From Eledone cirrhosa (Eukaryota): a stretch of 64,000 nucleotides of DNA. How positions within the stretch are numbered: position 1 is the stretch's first letter; each line of letters begins with the position of its first letter. This document shows, in pieces, positions 12,296 to 27,300 of this stretch. The translations under genes were made by a program, and so were the position numbers. Under the pieces are notes generated by a model that worked only from the letters and a program-made list of their open reading frames with translations, was not told where the DNA came from and searched no databases. Location: assembly GCA_964016885.1 (NCBI GenBank), contig OZ024742.1, positions 164,424,001 through 164,488,000 of the forward strand, given 5' to 3'.

Positions 12296-15200
12296 CCCTC
12301 TGATTTTTTTACAAATTATCTCCCCTTGGCTGGCTGGAAATTATCTCCCCTTGGAGGCTGGAATTTATCTCCCCTTGGACGGCTAGAAATTACCTCTCCT
12401 TGGACGGCTGGAAAATATGTCTCCTTGGACGGCTGGATATTATCTACCCTTGGACGGCTGGAAATTATCTCCCCTTGGACGGCTGGAAATTATCTCCCCT
12501 TGGACGGCTAGATATTACCTCCCCTTGGACGGCTGGAAATTATCTCCCCTTGATTTTTTTACAAATTATCTCCCCCTGATTTTTTTACAAATTATCTCCC
12601 CCTGATTTTTTTTACAAATTATCTCCGCCTAATTTTTTTAAATATTATCTTCCCTTGGCTGGCGGGAAATTATCTCCCCTTGGACGGCTGAAAATTATCT
12701 CCCATTGGACGGCTGGAAATTATCTCCCCTTGATTTTTTTTACAAATTATCTCCCCCTGATTTTTTTTTACAAATTATCTCCCCCTGATTTTTTTTACAA
12801 ATTATCTCCCCCTGATTTTTTTACAAATTATCTCCCCTTGGCTGGCTGGAAATTATCTCCCCTTGGAGGCTGGAATTTATCTCCCCTTGGACGGCTAGAA
12901 ATTACCTCTCCTTGGACGGCTGGAAAATATGTCCTTGGACGGCTGGATATTATCTACCCTTGGACGGCTGGAAATTATCTCCCCTTGGACGGCTGGAAAT
13001 TATCTCCCCTTGGACGGCTAGATATTACCTCCCCTTGGACGGCTGGAAATTATCTCCCCTTGATTTTTTTTACAAATTATCTCCCCCTGATTTTTTTTTA
13101 CAAATTATCTCCCCCTGATTTTTTTTTACAAATTATCTACCCCTGATTTTTTTTTACAAATTATCTCCCCCTGATTTTTTTTACAAATTATCTCCCCCTG
13201 ATTTTTTTTTACAAATTATCTCCCCCTGATTTTTTTTTACAAATTATCTACCCCTGATTTTTTTTACAAATTATCTCCCCCTGATTTTTTTTACAAATTA
13301 TCTCCCCCTGATTTTGTTTACAAATTATCTCCCCCTGATTTTTTTACAAATTATCTCCCCCTGATTTTTTTTACAAATTATCTCCGCCTAATTTTTTTAA
13401 ATATTATCTTCCCTTGGCTGGCGGGAAATTATCTCCCCTTGGACGGCTGAAAATTATCTCTCCTTGGACGGCTGGAAATTATCTCCCCTTGATTTTTTTT
13501 ACAAATTATCTCCCCCTGATTATTTTTTACAAATTATCTCCCCCTGATTTTTTTTTACAAATTATCTCCCCCTGATTTTTTTTACAAATTATCTCCCCCT
13601 GATTTTTTTACAAATTATCTCCCCTTGGCTGGCTGGAAATTATCTCCCCTTGGAGGCTGGAATTTATCTCCCCTTGGACGGTTAGAAATTACCTCTCCTT
13701 GGACGGCTGGAAAATATGTCTCCTTGGACGGCTGGAAATTATCGCCCCTTGGACGGCTGGAAATTATCTCCCCTTGGACGGCTGGAAATTATCTCTCCTC
13801 GGACGGCTAGAAATTACCTCTCCTTGGACAGCTGAAAATTATCTCCCCTTGGACGGCTGGAAATTATCTCCCCTTGATTTTTTTTACAAATTATCTCCCC
13901 CTGATTTTTTTTTACAAATTATCTCCCCCTGATTTTTTTTTACAAATTATCTCCCCCTGATTTTTTTTTACAAATTATCTCCCCCTGATATTTTTTACAA
14001 ATTATCTCCCCCTGATTTTTTTACAAATTATCTCCCCTTGGCTGGCTGGAAATTATCTCCCCTTGGAGGCTGGAATTTATCTCCCCTTAGACGGCTAGAA
14101 ATTACCTCGCCTTGGACGGCTGGAAAATATGTCTCCTTGGACGGCTGGAAAATATCTCCCCTTGGACGGCTGGAAATTATCTCCCCTTGGACGGCTGGAA
14201 ATTATCTCCCCTTGGACGGCTAGATATTACCTCCCCTTGGACGGCTGGAAATTATCTCCCCTTGATTTTTTTTACAAATTATCTCCCCCTGATTTTTTTT
14301 TACAAATTATCTCCCCCTGATTTTTTTTTACGAATTATCTCCCCCCGATTTTTTTTTACAAATTATCTCCGCCTGATTTTTTTAAAAAAATTATCTCCCC
14401 TTGAACGGCTGGAAATTATCTCCCCTTGGACGGCTGGAAATTATCTCCCCTTGGACGGCTAGAAATTACCTCTCCTTGGACGGCTGAAAATTATCTCCCC
14501 TTGGACGGCTGCAAATTATCTCCCCTTGATTTTTTAACAAATTATCTCCCCCTGATTTTTTTTTACAAATTATCTCCCCCTGATTTTTTTTTACAAATTA
14601 TCTCCCCCTGATTTTTTTACAAATTATCTCCCCCTGATTTTTTTAAAAATTATCTTCCCTTGGCTGGCGGGAAATTATCTCCCCTTGGACGGCTGGAAAT
14701 TATATCCCCTTGGAAGGATGGAAATTATCTCCCCTTGGACGGCTGGAAATTATCTCCCCTTGGACGGCTGGAAATTATCTCCCCTTGGACAGCTGGAAAT
14801 TATCTGCCCTTGATTTTGTTTTTACAAATTATCTCCCCCTGATTTTTTTTACAAATTATCTCCACCTGATTTTTTAAAAAATTATCTCCCCTTGGACGGC
14901 TGGAAATTATCTCCCCTTGATTTTTTTACAAATTATCTCCCCCTGATTTTTTTTACAAATTATCTCCCCCTGATTTTTTGTTACAAATTATCTCCCCCTG
15001 ATTTTTTTAAAAATTATCTCCCCCTGATTTTTTTTACAAATTATCTCCGCCTGATTTTTTTAAATATTATCTTCCCTTGGCTGGCGGGAAATTATCTCCC
15101 CTTGGACGGCTGAAAATTATCTCCCCTTGGACGGCTGGAAATTATCTCCCCTTGATTTTTTTACAAATTATCTCCCCCTGATTTTTTTTTACAAATTATC

Positions 15201-16436
15201 TACCCCTGATTTTTTTTACAAATTATCTCCCCCTGATTTTTTTTTACAAATTATCTCCCCCTGATTTTTTTTTACAAATTATCTCCCCCTGATTTTTTTA
15301 CAAATTATCTCCCCTTGGCTAGCTGGAAATTATCTCCCCTTGGAGGCTGGAATTTATCTCCCCTTGGACGGCTAGAAATTACCTCTCCTTGGACGGCTGG
15401 AAAATATGTCTCCTTGGACGGCTGGATATTATCTACCCTTGGACGGCTGGAAATTATCTCCCCTTGGACGGCTGGAAATTATCTCCCCTTGGACGGCTAG
15501 ATATTACCTCCCCTTGGACGGCTGGAAATTATCTCCCCTTGATTTTTTTTACAAATTATCTCCCCCTGATTTTTTTTTACGAATTATCTCCCCCTGATTT
15601 TTTTTTACAAATTATCTCCGCCTGATTTTTTTTTTAAATTATCTCCCCTTGAACGGCTGGAAATTATCTCCCCTTGGACGGCTGGAAATTATCTCCCCTT
15701 GGACGGCTAGAAATTACCTCTCCTTGGACGGCTGAAAATTATCTCCCCTTGGACGGCTGCAAATTATCTCCCCTTGATTTTTTTAACAAATTATCTCCCC
15801 CTGATTTTTTTTTACAAATTATCTCCCCCTGATTTTTTTTTACAAATTATCTACGCCTAATTTTTTTTACAAATTATCTCCCCCTGATTTTTTTTTACAA
15901 ATTATCTCCCCCTGATTTTTTTTACAAATTATCTCCCCCTGATTTTTTTTTACAAATTATCTCCCCCTGATTTTTTTACAAATTATCTCCCCCCTGAATT
16001 TTTTTACAATCTCCGCCTGATTTTTTTAAAAATTATCTTCCCTTGGCTGGCAGGAAATTATCTCCCCTTGGTCGGCTGGAAATTATATCCCCTTGGAAGG
16101 ATGGAAATTATCTCCCCTTGGACGGCTGGAAATTATCTCCCCTTGGACGGCTGGAAATTACCTCCCCTTGGACAGCTGGAAATTATCTGCCCTTGATTTT
16201 GTTTTTACAAATTATCTCCCCCTGATTTTTTTTACAAATTATCTCCACCTGATTTTTTAAAAAATTATCTCCCCTTGATTTTTTTACAAATTATCTCCCC
16301 CTGATTTTTTTTACAAATTATCTCCCCCTGATTTTTTTTTTACAAATTATCTCCCCCTGATTTTTTTACAAATTATCTCCCCCTGATTTTTTTTACAAAT
16401 TATCTCCGCCTGATTTTTTTTACAAATTATCTCCCC

Positions 16437-17180
16437 TTGGCTGGCTGGAAATTATCTCCCCTTGGAGGCTGGAATTTATCTCCCCTTGGACGGCTAGAAA
16501 TTACCTCTCCTTGGACGGCTGGAAAATATGTCCTTGGACGGCTGGATATTATCTACCCTTGGACGGCTGGAAATTATCTCCCCTTGGACGGCTGGAAATG
16601 ATCTCCCCTTGGAGGCTGGAATTTATCTCCCCTTGGACGGCTAGAAATTACCTCTCCTTGGACGGCTGGAAAATATGTCCTTGGACGGCTGGATATTACC
16701 TCCCCTTGGACGGCTGGAAATTATCTCCCCTTGATTTTTTTTACAAATTATCTCCCCCTGATTTTTTTTACAAATCTAATGATTTTAAAAAAAAAATTAT
16801 CTCCCCTTCGCTGGCTGGAAATTATCTCCCCTTCGCTGGCTGGAAATTATCTCCCCTTGGACGCTGGAAATTATAGCCCCTTGGAGGGCTGGAAATTATC
16901 TTCCCTTGGACGGCTGGAAATTATCTCCCCTTGGCTCGAAATTATCTCCCCTTGGACGGCTAGAAATTATCTCTCTTTGGACGGCTGGAAATTATCTCCC
17001 TTTGATTTTTTTTACAAATTATCTCCCCCTGATTTTTTTTACAAATCTCCCCCTGATTTTTTAAAAAAAATTATCTCCCCTTCGCTGGCTGGAAATTATC
17101 TCCCCTTGGACACTGGAAATTATAGCCCCTTGGAGGGCTGGAAATTATCTTCCCTTGGACGGCTGGAAATTATCTCTGCT
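16437..17180. repeat. Diverged monomer island including a 12-monomer A block
   Basis: Contains variants I did not notice elsewhere: CAAATCTAATGATTTT(A)10TTAT, CCCCTTCGCTGG (3 copies), GGACGCTGG and TTGGCTCGAA. Confidence 0.82.
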
Positions 17181-18399
17181 TGATTTTTTTTACAAATTAT
17201 CTCCCCCTGATTTTTTTTTACAAATTATCCCCCCCGATTTTTTTTACAAATTATCTCCCCCTGATTTTTTTTACAAATTATCTCCCCTTGGACGGCTGGA
17301 AATTATCTCCCCTTGGACGGCTAGAAATTACCTCTCATTGGACGGCTGAAAATTATCTCCCCTTGGACGGCTGGAAATTATCTCCCCTTGATTTTTTTTA
17401 CAAATTATCTCCCCCTGATTTTTTTTTACAAATTATCTCCCCCTGATTTTTTTTTTACAAATTATCTCCGCCTGATTTTTTTTAAAAATTATCTCTCCTT
17501 GGACGGCTGGATATTATCTCCCCTTTCATTTTTTTTACAAATTATCTCCCCCTGATTTTTTTTTACAAATTATCTCCCCCTGATTTTTTTTTACAAATTA
17601 TCTACCCCTAATTTTTTTTTACAAATTATCTCCCCCTGATTTTTTTTACAAATTATCTCCCCCTGATTTTTTTTTTACAAATTATCTCCCCCTGATTTTT
17701 TTACAAATTATCTCCCCCTGATTTTTTTTACAAATTATCTCCGCCTGATTTTTTTAAATATTATCTTCTCTTGGCTGGCGGGAAATTATCTCCCCTTGGA
17801 CGGCTGAAAATTATCTCCCCTTGGATGGCTGGAAATTATCTCCCCTTGATTTTTTTTACAAATTATCTCCCCCTGATTTTTTTTTACAAATTATCTCCCC
17901 CTGATTTTTTTTACAAATTATCTCCCCCTGATTTTTTTTTACAAATTATCTCCCCCTGATTTTTTTTACAAATTATCTCCCCCTGATTTTTTTACAAATT
18001 ATCTCCCCTTGGCTGGCTGGAAATTATCTCCCCTTGGAGGCTGGAATTTATCTCCCCTTGGACGGCTAGAAATTACCTCTCCTTGGACGGCTGGAAAATA
18101 TGTCCTTGGACGGCTGGATATTATCTACCCTTGGACGGCTGGAAATTATCTCCCCTTGGACGGCTGGAAATTATCTCCCCTTGGACGGCTAGATATTACC
18201 TCCCCTTGGACGGCTGGAAATTATCTCCCCTTGATTTTTTTTACAAATTATCCCCCCCTGATTTTTTTTTACAAATTATCTCCCCCTGATTTTTTTTTAC
18301 AAATTATCTACCCCTGATTTTTTTTTACAAATTATCTCCCCCTAATTTTTTTTACAAATTATCTCTCCCTGATTTTTTTTTACAAATTATCTCCCCCTG

Positions 18400-21300
18400 A
18401 TTTTTTTTTACAAATTATCTACCCCTGATTTTTTTTTACAAATTATCTCCCCCTGATTTTTTTTACAAATTATCTCCCCCTGATTTTTTTTACAAATTAT
18501 CTCCCCCTGATTTTTTTACAAATTATCTCCCCCCGATTTTTTTTACAAATTATCTCCCACTGATTTTTTTTTACAAATTATCTCCCACTGATTTTTTTTA
18601 CAAATTATCTCCCCTTGGACGGCTGAAAATTATCTCCCCTTGGACGGCTGGAAATTATCTCCCCTTGATTTTTTTACAAATTATCTCCCCCTGATTATTT
18701 TTTACAAATTATCTCCCCCTGATTTTTTTTTACAAATTATCTCCCACTGATTTTTTTTACAAATTATCTCCCCTTGGCTGGCTGGAAATTATCTCCCCTT
18801 GGAGGCTGGAATTTATCTCCACTTGGACGGTTAGAAATTACCTCTCCTTGGACTGCTGGAAAATATGTCTCCTTGGACGGCTGGAAATTATCTCCCCTTG
18901 GACGGCTGGAAATTATCTCCCCTTGGACGGCTGGAAATTATCTCTCCTCGGACGACTAGAAATTACCTCTCCTTGGACAGCTGAAAATTATCTCCCCTTG
19001 GACGGCTGGAAATTATCTCCCCTTGATTTTTTTTACAAATTATCTCCCCCCGATTTTTTTTTACAAATTATCTCCCCCTGATTTTTTTTTACAAATTATC
19101 TCCCCCTGATTTTTTTTACAAATTATCTCCCCCTGATATTTTTTACAAATTATCTCCCCCTGATTTTTTTACAAATTATCTCCCCTTGGCTGGCTGGAAA
19201 TTATCTCCCCTTGGAGGCTGGAATTTATCTCCCCTTGGACGGCTAGAAATTACCTCGCCTTGGACGGCTGGAAAATATGTCTCCTTGGACGGCTGGAAAT
19301 TATCTCCCCTTGGACGGCTGGAAATTATCTCCCCTTGGACGGCTGGAAATTATCTCCCCTTGGACGGCTAGATATTACCTCCCCTTGGACGGCTGGAAAT
19401 TATCTCCCCTTGATTTTTTTTACAAATTATCTCCCCCTGATTTTTTTTTAAAATTATCTCCCCTTGAACGGCTGGAAATTATCTCCCCTTGGACGGCTGG
19501 AAATTATCTCCCCTTGGACGGCTAGAAATTACCTCTCCTTGGACGGCTGAAAATTATCTCCCCTTGGACGGCTGCAAATTATCTCCCCTTGATTTTTTAA
19601 CAAATTATCTCCCCCTGATTTTTTTTTACAAATTATCTCCCCCTGATTTTTTTTTACAAATTATCTACGCCTAATTTTTTTTACAAATTATCTCCCCCTG
19701 ATTTTTTTTTACAAATTATCTCCCCCTGATTTTTTTTTACAAATTATTTCCCCCTGATTTTTTTACAAATTATCTCCCCCCTGATTTTTTTTACAATCTC
19801 CGCCTGATTTTTTTTAAAATTATCTTGCCTTGGCTGGCGGGAAATTATCTCCCCTTGGACGGCTGGAAATTATATCCCCTTGGACGGCTGGAAATTACCT
19901 CCCCTTGGACAGCTGGAAATTATCTGCCCTTGATTTTGTTTTTACAAATTATCTCCCCCTGATTTTTTTTACAAATTATCTCCACCTGATTTTTTAAAAA
20001 ATTATCTCCCCTTGGACGGCTGGAAATTATCTCCCCTTGGACGGCTGATAATTATCTCCCCTTGGACGGCTGGAAATTATCTCCCCTTGATTTTTTTTAC
20101 AAATTATCTCCCCCTGATTTTTTTTTACAAATTATCTCCCCCTGATTTTTTTTACAAATTATCTCCGCCTGATTTTTTTAAATATTATCTTCCCTTGGCT
20201 GGCTGGAAATTATCTCCCCTTGGAGGCTGGAATTTATCTCCCCTTGGACGGCTAGAAATTACCTCTCCTTGGACGGCTGGAAAATATTTCTCCTTGGACG
20301 GCTGGATATTATCTACCCTTGGACGGGTGGAAATTATCTCCCCTTGGACGGCTGGAAATTATCTCCCCTTGGACGGCTAGATATTACCTCCCCTTGGACG
20401 ACTGGAAATTATCTCCCCTTGATTTTTTTTACAAATTATCTCCCCCTGATTTTTTTTTTACAAATTATCTCCCCCTGATTTTTTTACAAATTATCTCCCC
20501 CTGATTTTTTTTACAAATTATCTCCGCCTGATTTTTTTAAATATTATCTTCTCTTGGCTGGCGGGAAATTATCTCCCCTTGGACGGCTGGAAATTATCTC
20601 CCCTTGATTTTTTTTACAAATTATCTCCCCCTGATTTTTTTTAAAAAATTATCTCCCCCTGATTTTTTTTTACAAATTATCTCCCCCTGATTTTTTTTTA
20701 CAAATTATCTCCCCCTGATTTTTTTTACAAATTATCTCCCCCTGATTTTTTTACAAATTATCTCCCCTTGGCTGGCTGGAAATTATCTCCCCTTGGACAC
20801 TGTAAATTATAGCCCCTTGGAGGGCTGGAAATTATCTTACCTTGGACGGCTGGAAATTATCTCTGCTTGATTTTTTTTACAAATTATCTCCCCCTGATTT
20901 TTTTTTACAAATTATCCCCCCCGATTTTTTTTACAAATTATCTCCCCCTGATTTTTTTTACAAATTATCTCCCCTTGGACGGCTGGAAATTATCTCCCCT
21001 TGGACGGCTGGAAATTATCTCTCCTTGGACGGCTAGAAATTACCTCTCCTTGGACGACTGAAAATTATCTCCCCTTGGACGGCTGCAAATTATCTCCCCT
21101 TGATTTCTTTTACAAATTATCTCCGCCTGATTTTTTTTTTTAAATTATCTCCCCTTGGACGGCTGGAAATTACCTCCCCTTGGACGGCTGGAAATTATCT
21201 CCCCTTGGACGGCTAGAAATTACCTCTCATTGGACGGCTGAAAATTATCTCCCCTTGGACGGCTGGAAATTATCTCCCCTTGATTTTTTTTACAAATTAT

Positions 21301-24300
21301 CTCCCCCTGATTTTTTTTTTACAAATTATCTCCGCCTGATTTTTTTTTAAAATTATCTCTCCTTGGACGGCTGGATATTATCTCCCCTTTCATTTTTTTT
21401 ACAAATTATCTCCCCCTGATTTTTTTTTACAAATTATCTCCCCCTGATTTTTTTTTACAAATTATCTACCCCTAATTTTTTTTTACAAATTATCTCCCCC
21501 TGATTTTTTTTACAAATTATCTCCCCCTGATTTTTTTTTTACAAATTATCTCCCCCTGATTTTTTTACAAATTATCTCCCCCTGATTTTTTTTACAAATT
21601 ATCTCCGCCTGATTTTTTTAAATATTATCTTCTCTTGGCTGGCGGGAAATTATCTCCCCTTGGACGGCTGAAAATTATCTCCCCTTGGACGGCTGGAAAT
21701 TATCTCCCCTTGATTTTTTTTACAAATTATCTCCCCCTGATTTTTTTTTACAAATTATCTCCCCCTGATTTTTTTTTACAAATTATCTCCCCCTGATTTT
21801 TTTTTACAAATTATCTCCCCCTGATTTTTTTTACAAATTATCTCCCCCTGATTTTTTTACAAATTATCTCCCCTTGGCTGGCTGGAAATTATCTCCCCTT
21901 GGAGGCTGGAATTTATCTCCCCTTGGACGGCTAGAAATTACCTCTCCTTGGACGGCTGGAAAATATGTCCTTGGACGGCTGGATATTATCTACCCTTGGA
22001 CGGCTGGAAATTATCTCCCCTTGATTTTTTTTACAAATTATCTCCCCCTGATTTTTTTTTACAAATTATCTCCGCCTGATTTTTTTTTACAAATTATCTC
22101 CCCCTAATTTTTTTTACAAATTATCTCTCCCTGATCTTTTTTTACAAATTATCTCCCCCTGATTTTTTTTACCAATTATCTACCCCTGATTTTTTTTTAC
22201 AAATTATCTCCCCCTTATTTTTTTTACAAATTATCTCCCCCTGATTTTTTTTACAAATTATCTCCCCCTGATTTTTTTACAAATTATCTCCCCCCGATTT
22301 TTTTTACAAATTATATCCGCCTAATTTTTTAAATATTATCTATCCTTGGCTGGCGGGAAATTATCTCCCCTTGGACGGCTGAAAATTTTCTCCCCTTGGA
22401 CGGCTGGAAATTATCTCCCCTTGATTTTTTTACAAATTATCTCCCCCTGATTATTTTTTACAAATTATCTCCCCCTGATTTTTTTTTACAAATTATCTCC
22501 CTCTGATTTTTTTTACAAATTATCTCCCCTTGGCTGGCTGGAAATTATCTCCCCTTGGAGGCTGGAATTTATCTCCCCTTGGACGGTTAGAAATTACCTC
22601 TCCTTGGACTGCTGGAAAATATGTCTCCTTGGACGGCTGGAAATTATCTCCCCTTGGACGGCTGGAAATTATCTCCCCTTGGACGGCTGGAAATTATCTC
22701 TCCTCGGACGACTAGAAATTACCTCTCCTTGGACAGCTGAAAATTATCTCCCCTTGGACGGCTGGAAATTATCTCCCCTTGATTTTTTTTACAAATTATC
22801 TCCCCCTGATTTAGTTTACAAATTATCTCCCCCTGATTTTTTTTTACAAATTATCTCCCCCTGATTTTTTTTACAAATTATCTCCCCCTGATATTTTTTA
22901 CAAATTATCTCCCCCTGATTTTTTTACAAATTATCTCCCCTTGGCTGGCTGGAAATTATCTACCCTTGGAGGCTGGAATTTATCTCCCCTTGGACGGCTA
23001 GAAATTACCTCGCCTTGGACGGCTGGAAAATATGTCTCCTTGGACGGCTGGAAATTATCTCCCCTTGGACGGCTGGAAATTATCTCCCCTTGGACGGCTG
23101 GAAATTATCTCCCCTTGGACGGCTAGATATTACCTCCCCTTGGACGGCTGGAAATTATCTCCCCTTGATTTTTTTTACAAATTATCTCCCCCTGATTTTT
23201 TTTTACAAATTATCTCCCCCTGATTTTTTTTTACGAAGTATCTCCCCCTGATTTTTTTTTACAAATTATCTCCGCCTGATTTTTTTTAAAAAATTATCTC
23301 CCCTTGAACGGCTGGAAATTATCTCCCCTTGGACGGCTGGAAATTATCTCCCCTTGGACGGCTAGAAATTACCTCTCCTTGGACGGCTGAAAATTATCTC
23401 CCATTGGACGGCTGCAAATTATCTCCCCTTGATTTTTTAACAAATTATCTCCCCCTGATTTTTTTTTACAAATTATCTCCCCCTGATTTTTTTTTACAAA
23501 TTATCTACGCCTAATTTTTTTTACAAATTATCTCCCCCTGATTTTTTTTTACAAATTATCTCCCCCTGATTTTTTTTACAAATTATCTCCCCCTGATTTT
23601 TTTTTACAAATTATTTCCCCCTGATTTTTTTACAAATTATCTCCCCCCTGATTTTTTTTACAATCTCCGCCTGATTTTTTTAAAAATTATCTTCCCTTGG
23701 CTGGCGGGAAATTATCTCCCCTTGGACGGCTGGAAATTATATCCCCTTGGAAGGATGGAAATTATCTCCCCTTGGACGGCTGGAAATTATCTCCCCTTGG
23801 ACGGCTGGAAATTATCTCCCCTTGGACAGCTGGAAATTATCTGTCCTTGATTTTGTTTTTACAAATTATCTCCCCCTGATTTTTTTTACAAATTATCTCC
23901 ACCTGATTTTTTAAAAAATTATCTCCCCTTGGACGGCTGGAAATTATCTCCCCTTGATTTTTTTTACAAATTATCTCCCCCTGATTTTTTTTTACAAATT
24001 ATCTCCCCCTGATTTTTTTTTACAAATTATCTCCCCCTGATTTTTTTTTACAAATTATCTCACCCTGATTTTTTTTACAAATTATCTCTCCCTGATTTTT
24101 TTACAAATTATCTCCCCTTGGCTGGCTGGAAATTATCTCCCCTTGGAGGCTGGAATTTATCTCCCCTTGGACGGCTAGAAATTACCTCTCCTTGGACGGC
24201 TGGAAAATATGTCTCCTTGGACGGCTGGATATTATCTACCCTTGGACGGCTGGAAATTATCTCCCCTTGGACGGCTGGAAATTATCTCCTCTTGGACGGC

Positions 24301-27300
24301 TAGATATTACCTCCCCTTGGACGGCTGGAAATTATCTCCCCTTGATTTTTTTACAAATTATCTCCCCCTGATTTTTTTACAAATTATCTCCCCCTGATTT
24401 TTTTTACAAATTATCTCCGCCTAATTTTTTTAAATATTATCTTCCCTTGGCTGGCGGGAAATTATCTCCCCTTGGACGGCTGAAAATTATCTCCCCTTGG
24501 ACGGCTGGAAATTATCTCCCCTTGATTTTTTTTACAAATTATCTCCCCCTGATTTTTTTTTACAAATTATCTCCCCCTGATTTTTTTTACAAATTATCTC
24601 CCCCTGATTTTTTTACAAATTATCTCCCCTTGGCTGGCTGGAAATTATCTCCCCTTGGAGGCTGGAATTTATCTCCCCTTGGACGGCTAGAAATTACCTC
24701 TCCTTGGAAGGCTGGAAAATATGTCCTTGGACGGCTGGATATTATCTACCCTTGGACGGCTGGAAATTATCTCCCCTTGGACGGCTGGAAATTATCTCCC
24801 CTTGGACGGCTAGATATTACCTCCCCTTGGACGGCTGAAAATTATCTCCCCTTGGACGGCTGGAAATTATCTCCCCTTGATTTTTTTTTACAAATTATCT
24901 CCCCCTGATTATTTTTTACAAATTATTCCCTGATTTTTTTTTTACAAATTATCTCCCCCTGATTTTTTTTACAAATTATCTCCCCCTGATTTTTTTACAA
25001 ATTATCTCCCCTTGGCTGGCTGGAAATTATCTCCCATTGGAGGCTGGAATTTATCTCCCCTTGGACGGTTAGAAATTACCTCCCCTTGGACGGCTGGAAA
25101 ATATGTCTCCTTGGACGGCTGGAAATTATCGCGCCTTGGACGGCTGGAAATTATCTCCCCTTGGACGGCTGGAAATTATCTCTCATCGGACGGCTAGAAA
25201 TTACCTCTCCTTGGACAGCTGAAAATTATCTCCCCTTGGACGGCTGGAAATTATCTCCCCTTGATTTTTTTTACAAATTATCTCCCCCTGATTTTTTTTT
25301 ACAAATTATCTCCCCCTGATTTTTTTTTACAAATTATCTCCCCCTGATTTTTTTTTACAAATTATCTCCCCCTGATATTTTTTACAAATTATCTCCCCCT
25401 GATTTTTTTACAAATTATCTCCCCTTGGCTGGCTGGAAATTATCTCCCCTTGGAGGCTGGAATTTATCTCCCCTTGGACGGCTAGAAATTACCTCGCCTT
25501 GGACGGCTGGAAAATATGTCTCCTTGGACGGCTGGAAATTATCTCCCCTTGGACGGCTGGAAATTATCTCCCCTTGGACAGCTGGAAATTATCTCCCCTT
25601 GGACGGCTAGATATTACCTCCCCTTGGACGGCTGGAAATTATCTCCCCTTGATTTTTTTTACAAATTATCTCCCCCTGATTTTTTTTTACAAATTATCTC
25701 CCCCTGATTTTTTTTTACGAATTATCTCCCCCCGATTTTTTTTTACAAATTATCTCCGCCTGATTTTTTTTTAAAAATTATCTCCCCTTGAAAGGCTGGA
25801 ATTTATCTCCCCTTGGACGGCTGGAAATTATCTCCCCTTGGACGGCTAGAAATTACCTCTCCTTGGACGGCTGAAAATTATCTCCCCTTGGACGGCTGCA
25901 AATTATCTCCCCTTGATTTTTTAACAAATTATCTCCCCCTGATTTTTTTTTACAAATTATCTACCCCTGATTTTTTTTTACAAATTATCTCCCCCTGATT
26001 TTTTTTACAAATTATCTCCCCCTGATTTTTTTTACAAATTATCTCCCCCTGATTTTTTTACAAATTATCTCCCCCCGATTTTTTTTACAAATTATCTCCG
26101 CCTAATTTTTTTAAATATTATCTTCCCTTGGCTGGCGGGAAATTATCTCCCCTTGGACGGCTGAAAATTATCTCCCCTTGGACGGCTGGAAATTATCTCC
26201 CCTTGATTTTTTTACAAATTATCTCCCCCTGATTATTTTTTACAAATTATCTCCCCCTGATTTTTTTTTACAAATTATCTCCCACTGATTTTTTTTACAA
26301 ATTATCTCCCCTTGGCTGGCTGGAAATTATCTCCCCTTGGAGGCTGGAATTTATCTCCACTTGGACGGTTAGAAATTACCTCTCCTTGGACTGCTGGAAA
26401 ATATGTCTCCTTGGACGGCTGGAAATTATCTCCCCTTGGACGGCTGGAAATTATCTCCCCTTGGACGGCTGGAAATTATCTCTCCTCGGACGACTAGAAA
26501 TTACCTCTCCTTGGACAGCTGAAAATTATCTCCCCTTGGACGGCTGGAAATTATCTCCCCTTGATTTTTTTTACAAATTATCTCCCCCCGATTTTTTTTT
26601 ACAAATTATCTCCCCCTGATTTTTTTTTACAAATTATCTCCCCCTGATTTTTTTTACAAATTATCTCCCCCTGATATTTTTTACAAATTATCTCCCCCTG
26701 ATTTTTTTACAAATTATCTCCCCTTGGCTGGCTGGAAATTATCTCCCCTTGGAGGCTGGAATTTATCTCCCCTTGGACGGCTAGAAATTACCTCGCCTTG
26801 GACGGCTGGAAAATATGTCTCCTTGGACGGCTGGAAATTATCTCCCCTTGGACGGCTGGAAATTATCTCCCCTTGGACGGCTGGAAATTATCTCCCCTTG
26901 GACGGCTAGATATTACCTCCCCTTGGACGGCTGGAAATTATCTCCCCTTGATTTTTTTTACAAATTATCTCCCCCTGATTTTTTTTTAAAATTATCTCCC
27001 CTTGAACGGCTGGAAATTATCTCCCCTTGGACGGCTGGAAATTATCTCCCCTTGGACGGCTAGAAATTACCTCTCCTTGGACGGCTGAAAATTATCTCCC
27101 CTTGGACGGCTGCAAATTATCTCCCCTTGATTTTTTAACAAATTATCTCCCCCTGATTTTTTTTTACAAATTATCTCCCCCTGATTTTTTTTTACAAATT
27201 ATCTACGCCTAATTTTTTTTACAAATTATCTCCCCCTGATTTTTTTTTACAAATTATCTCCCCCTGATTTTTTTTTACAAATTATTTCCCCCTGATTTTT

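Noticed and set aside
16462-16609. 147-bp offset equal to the nucleosome core length
   Set aside because: It is a single instance and just the sum of six monomers (24+25+23+25+25+25), so likely coincidence.
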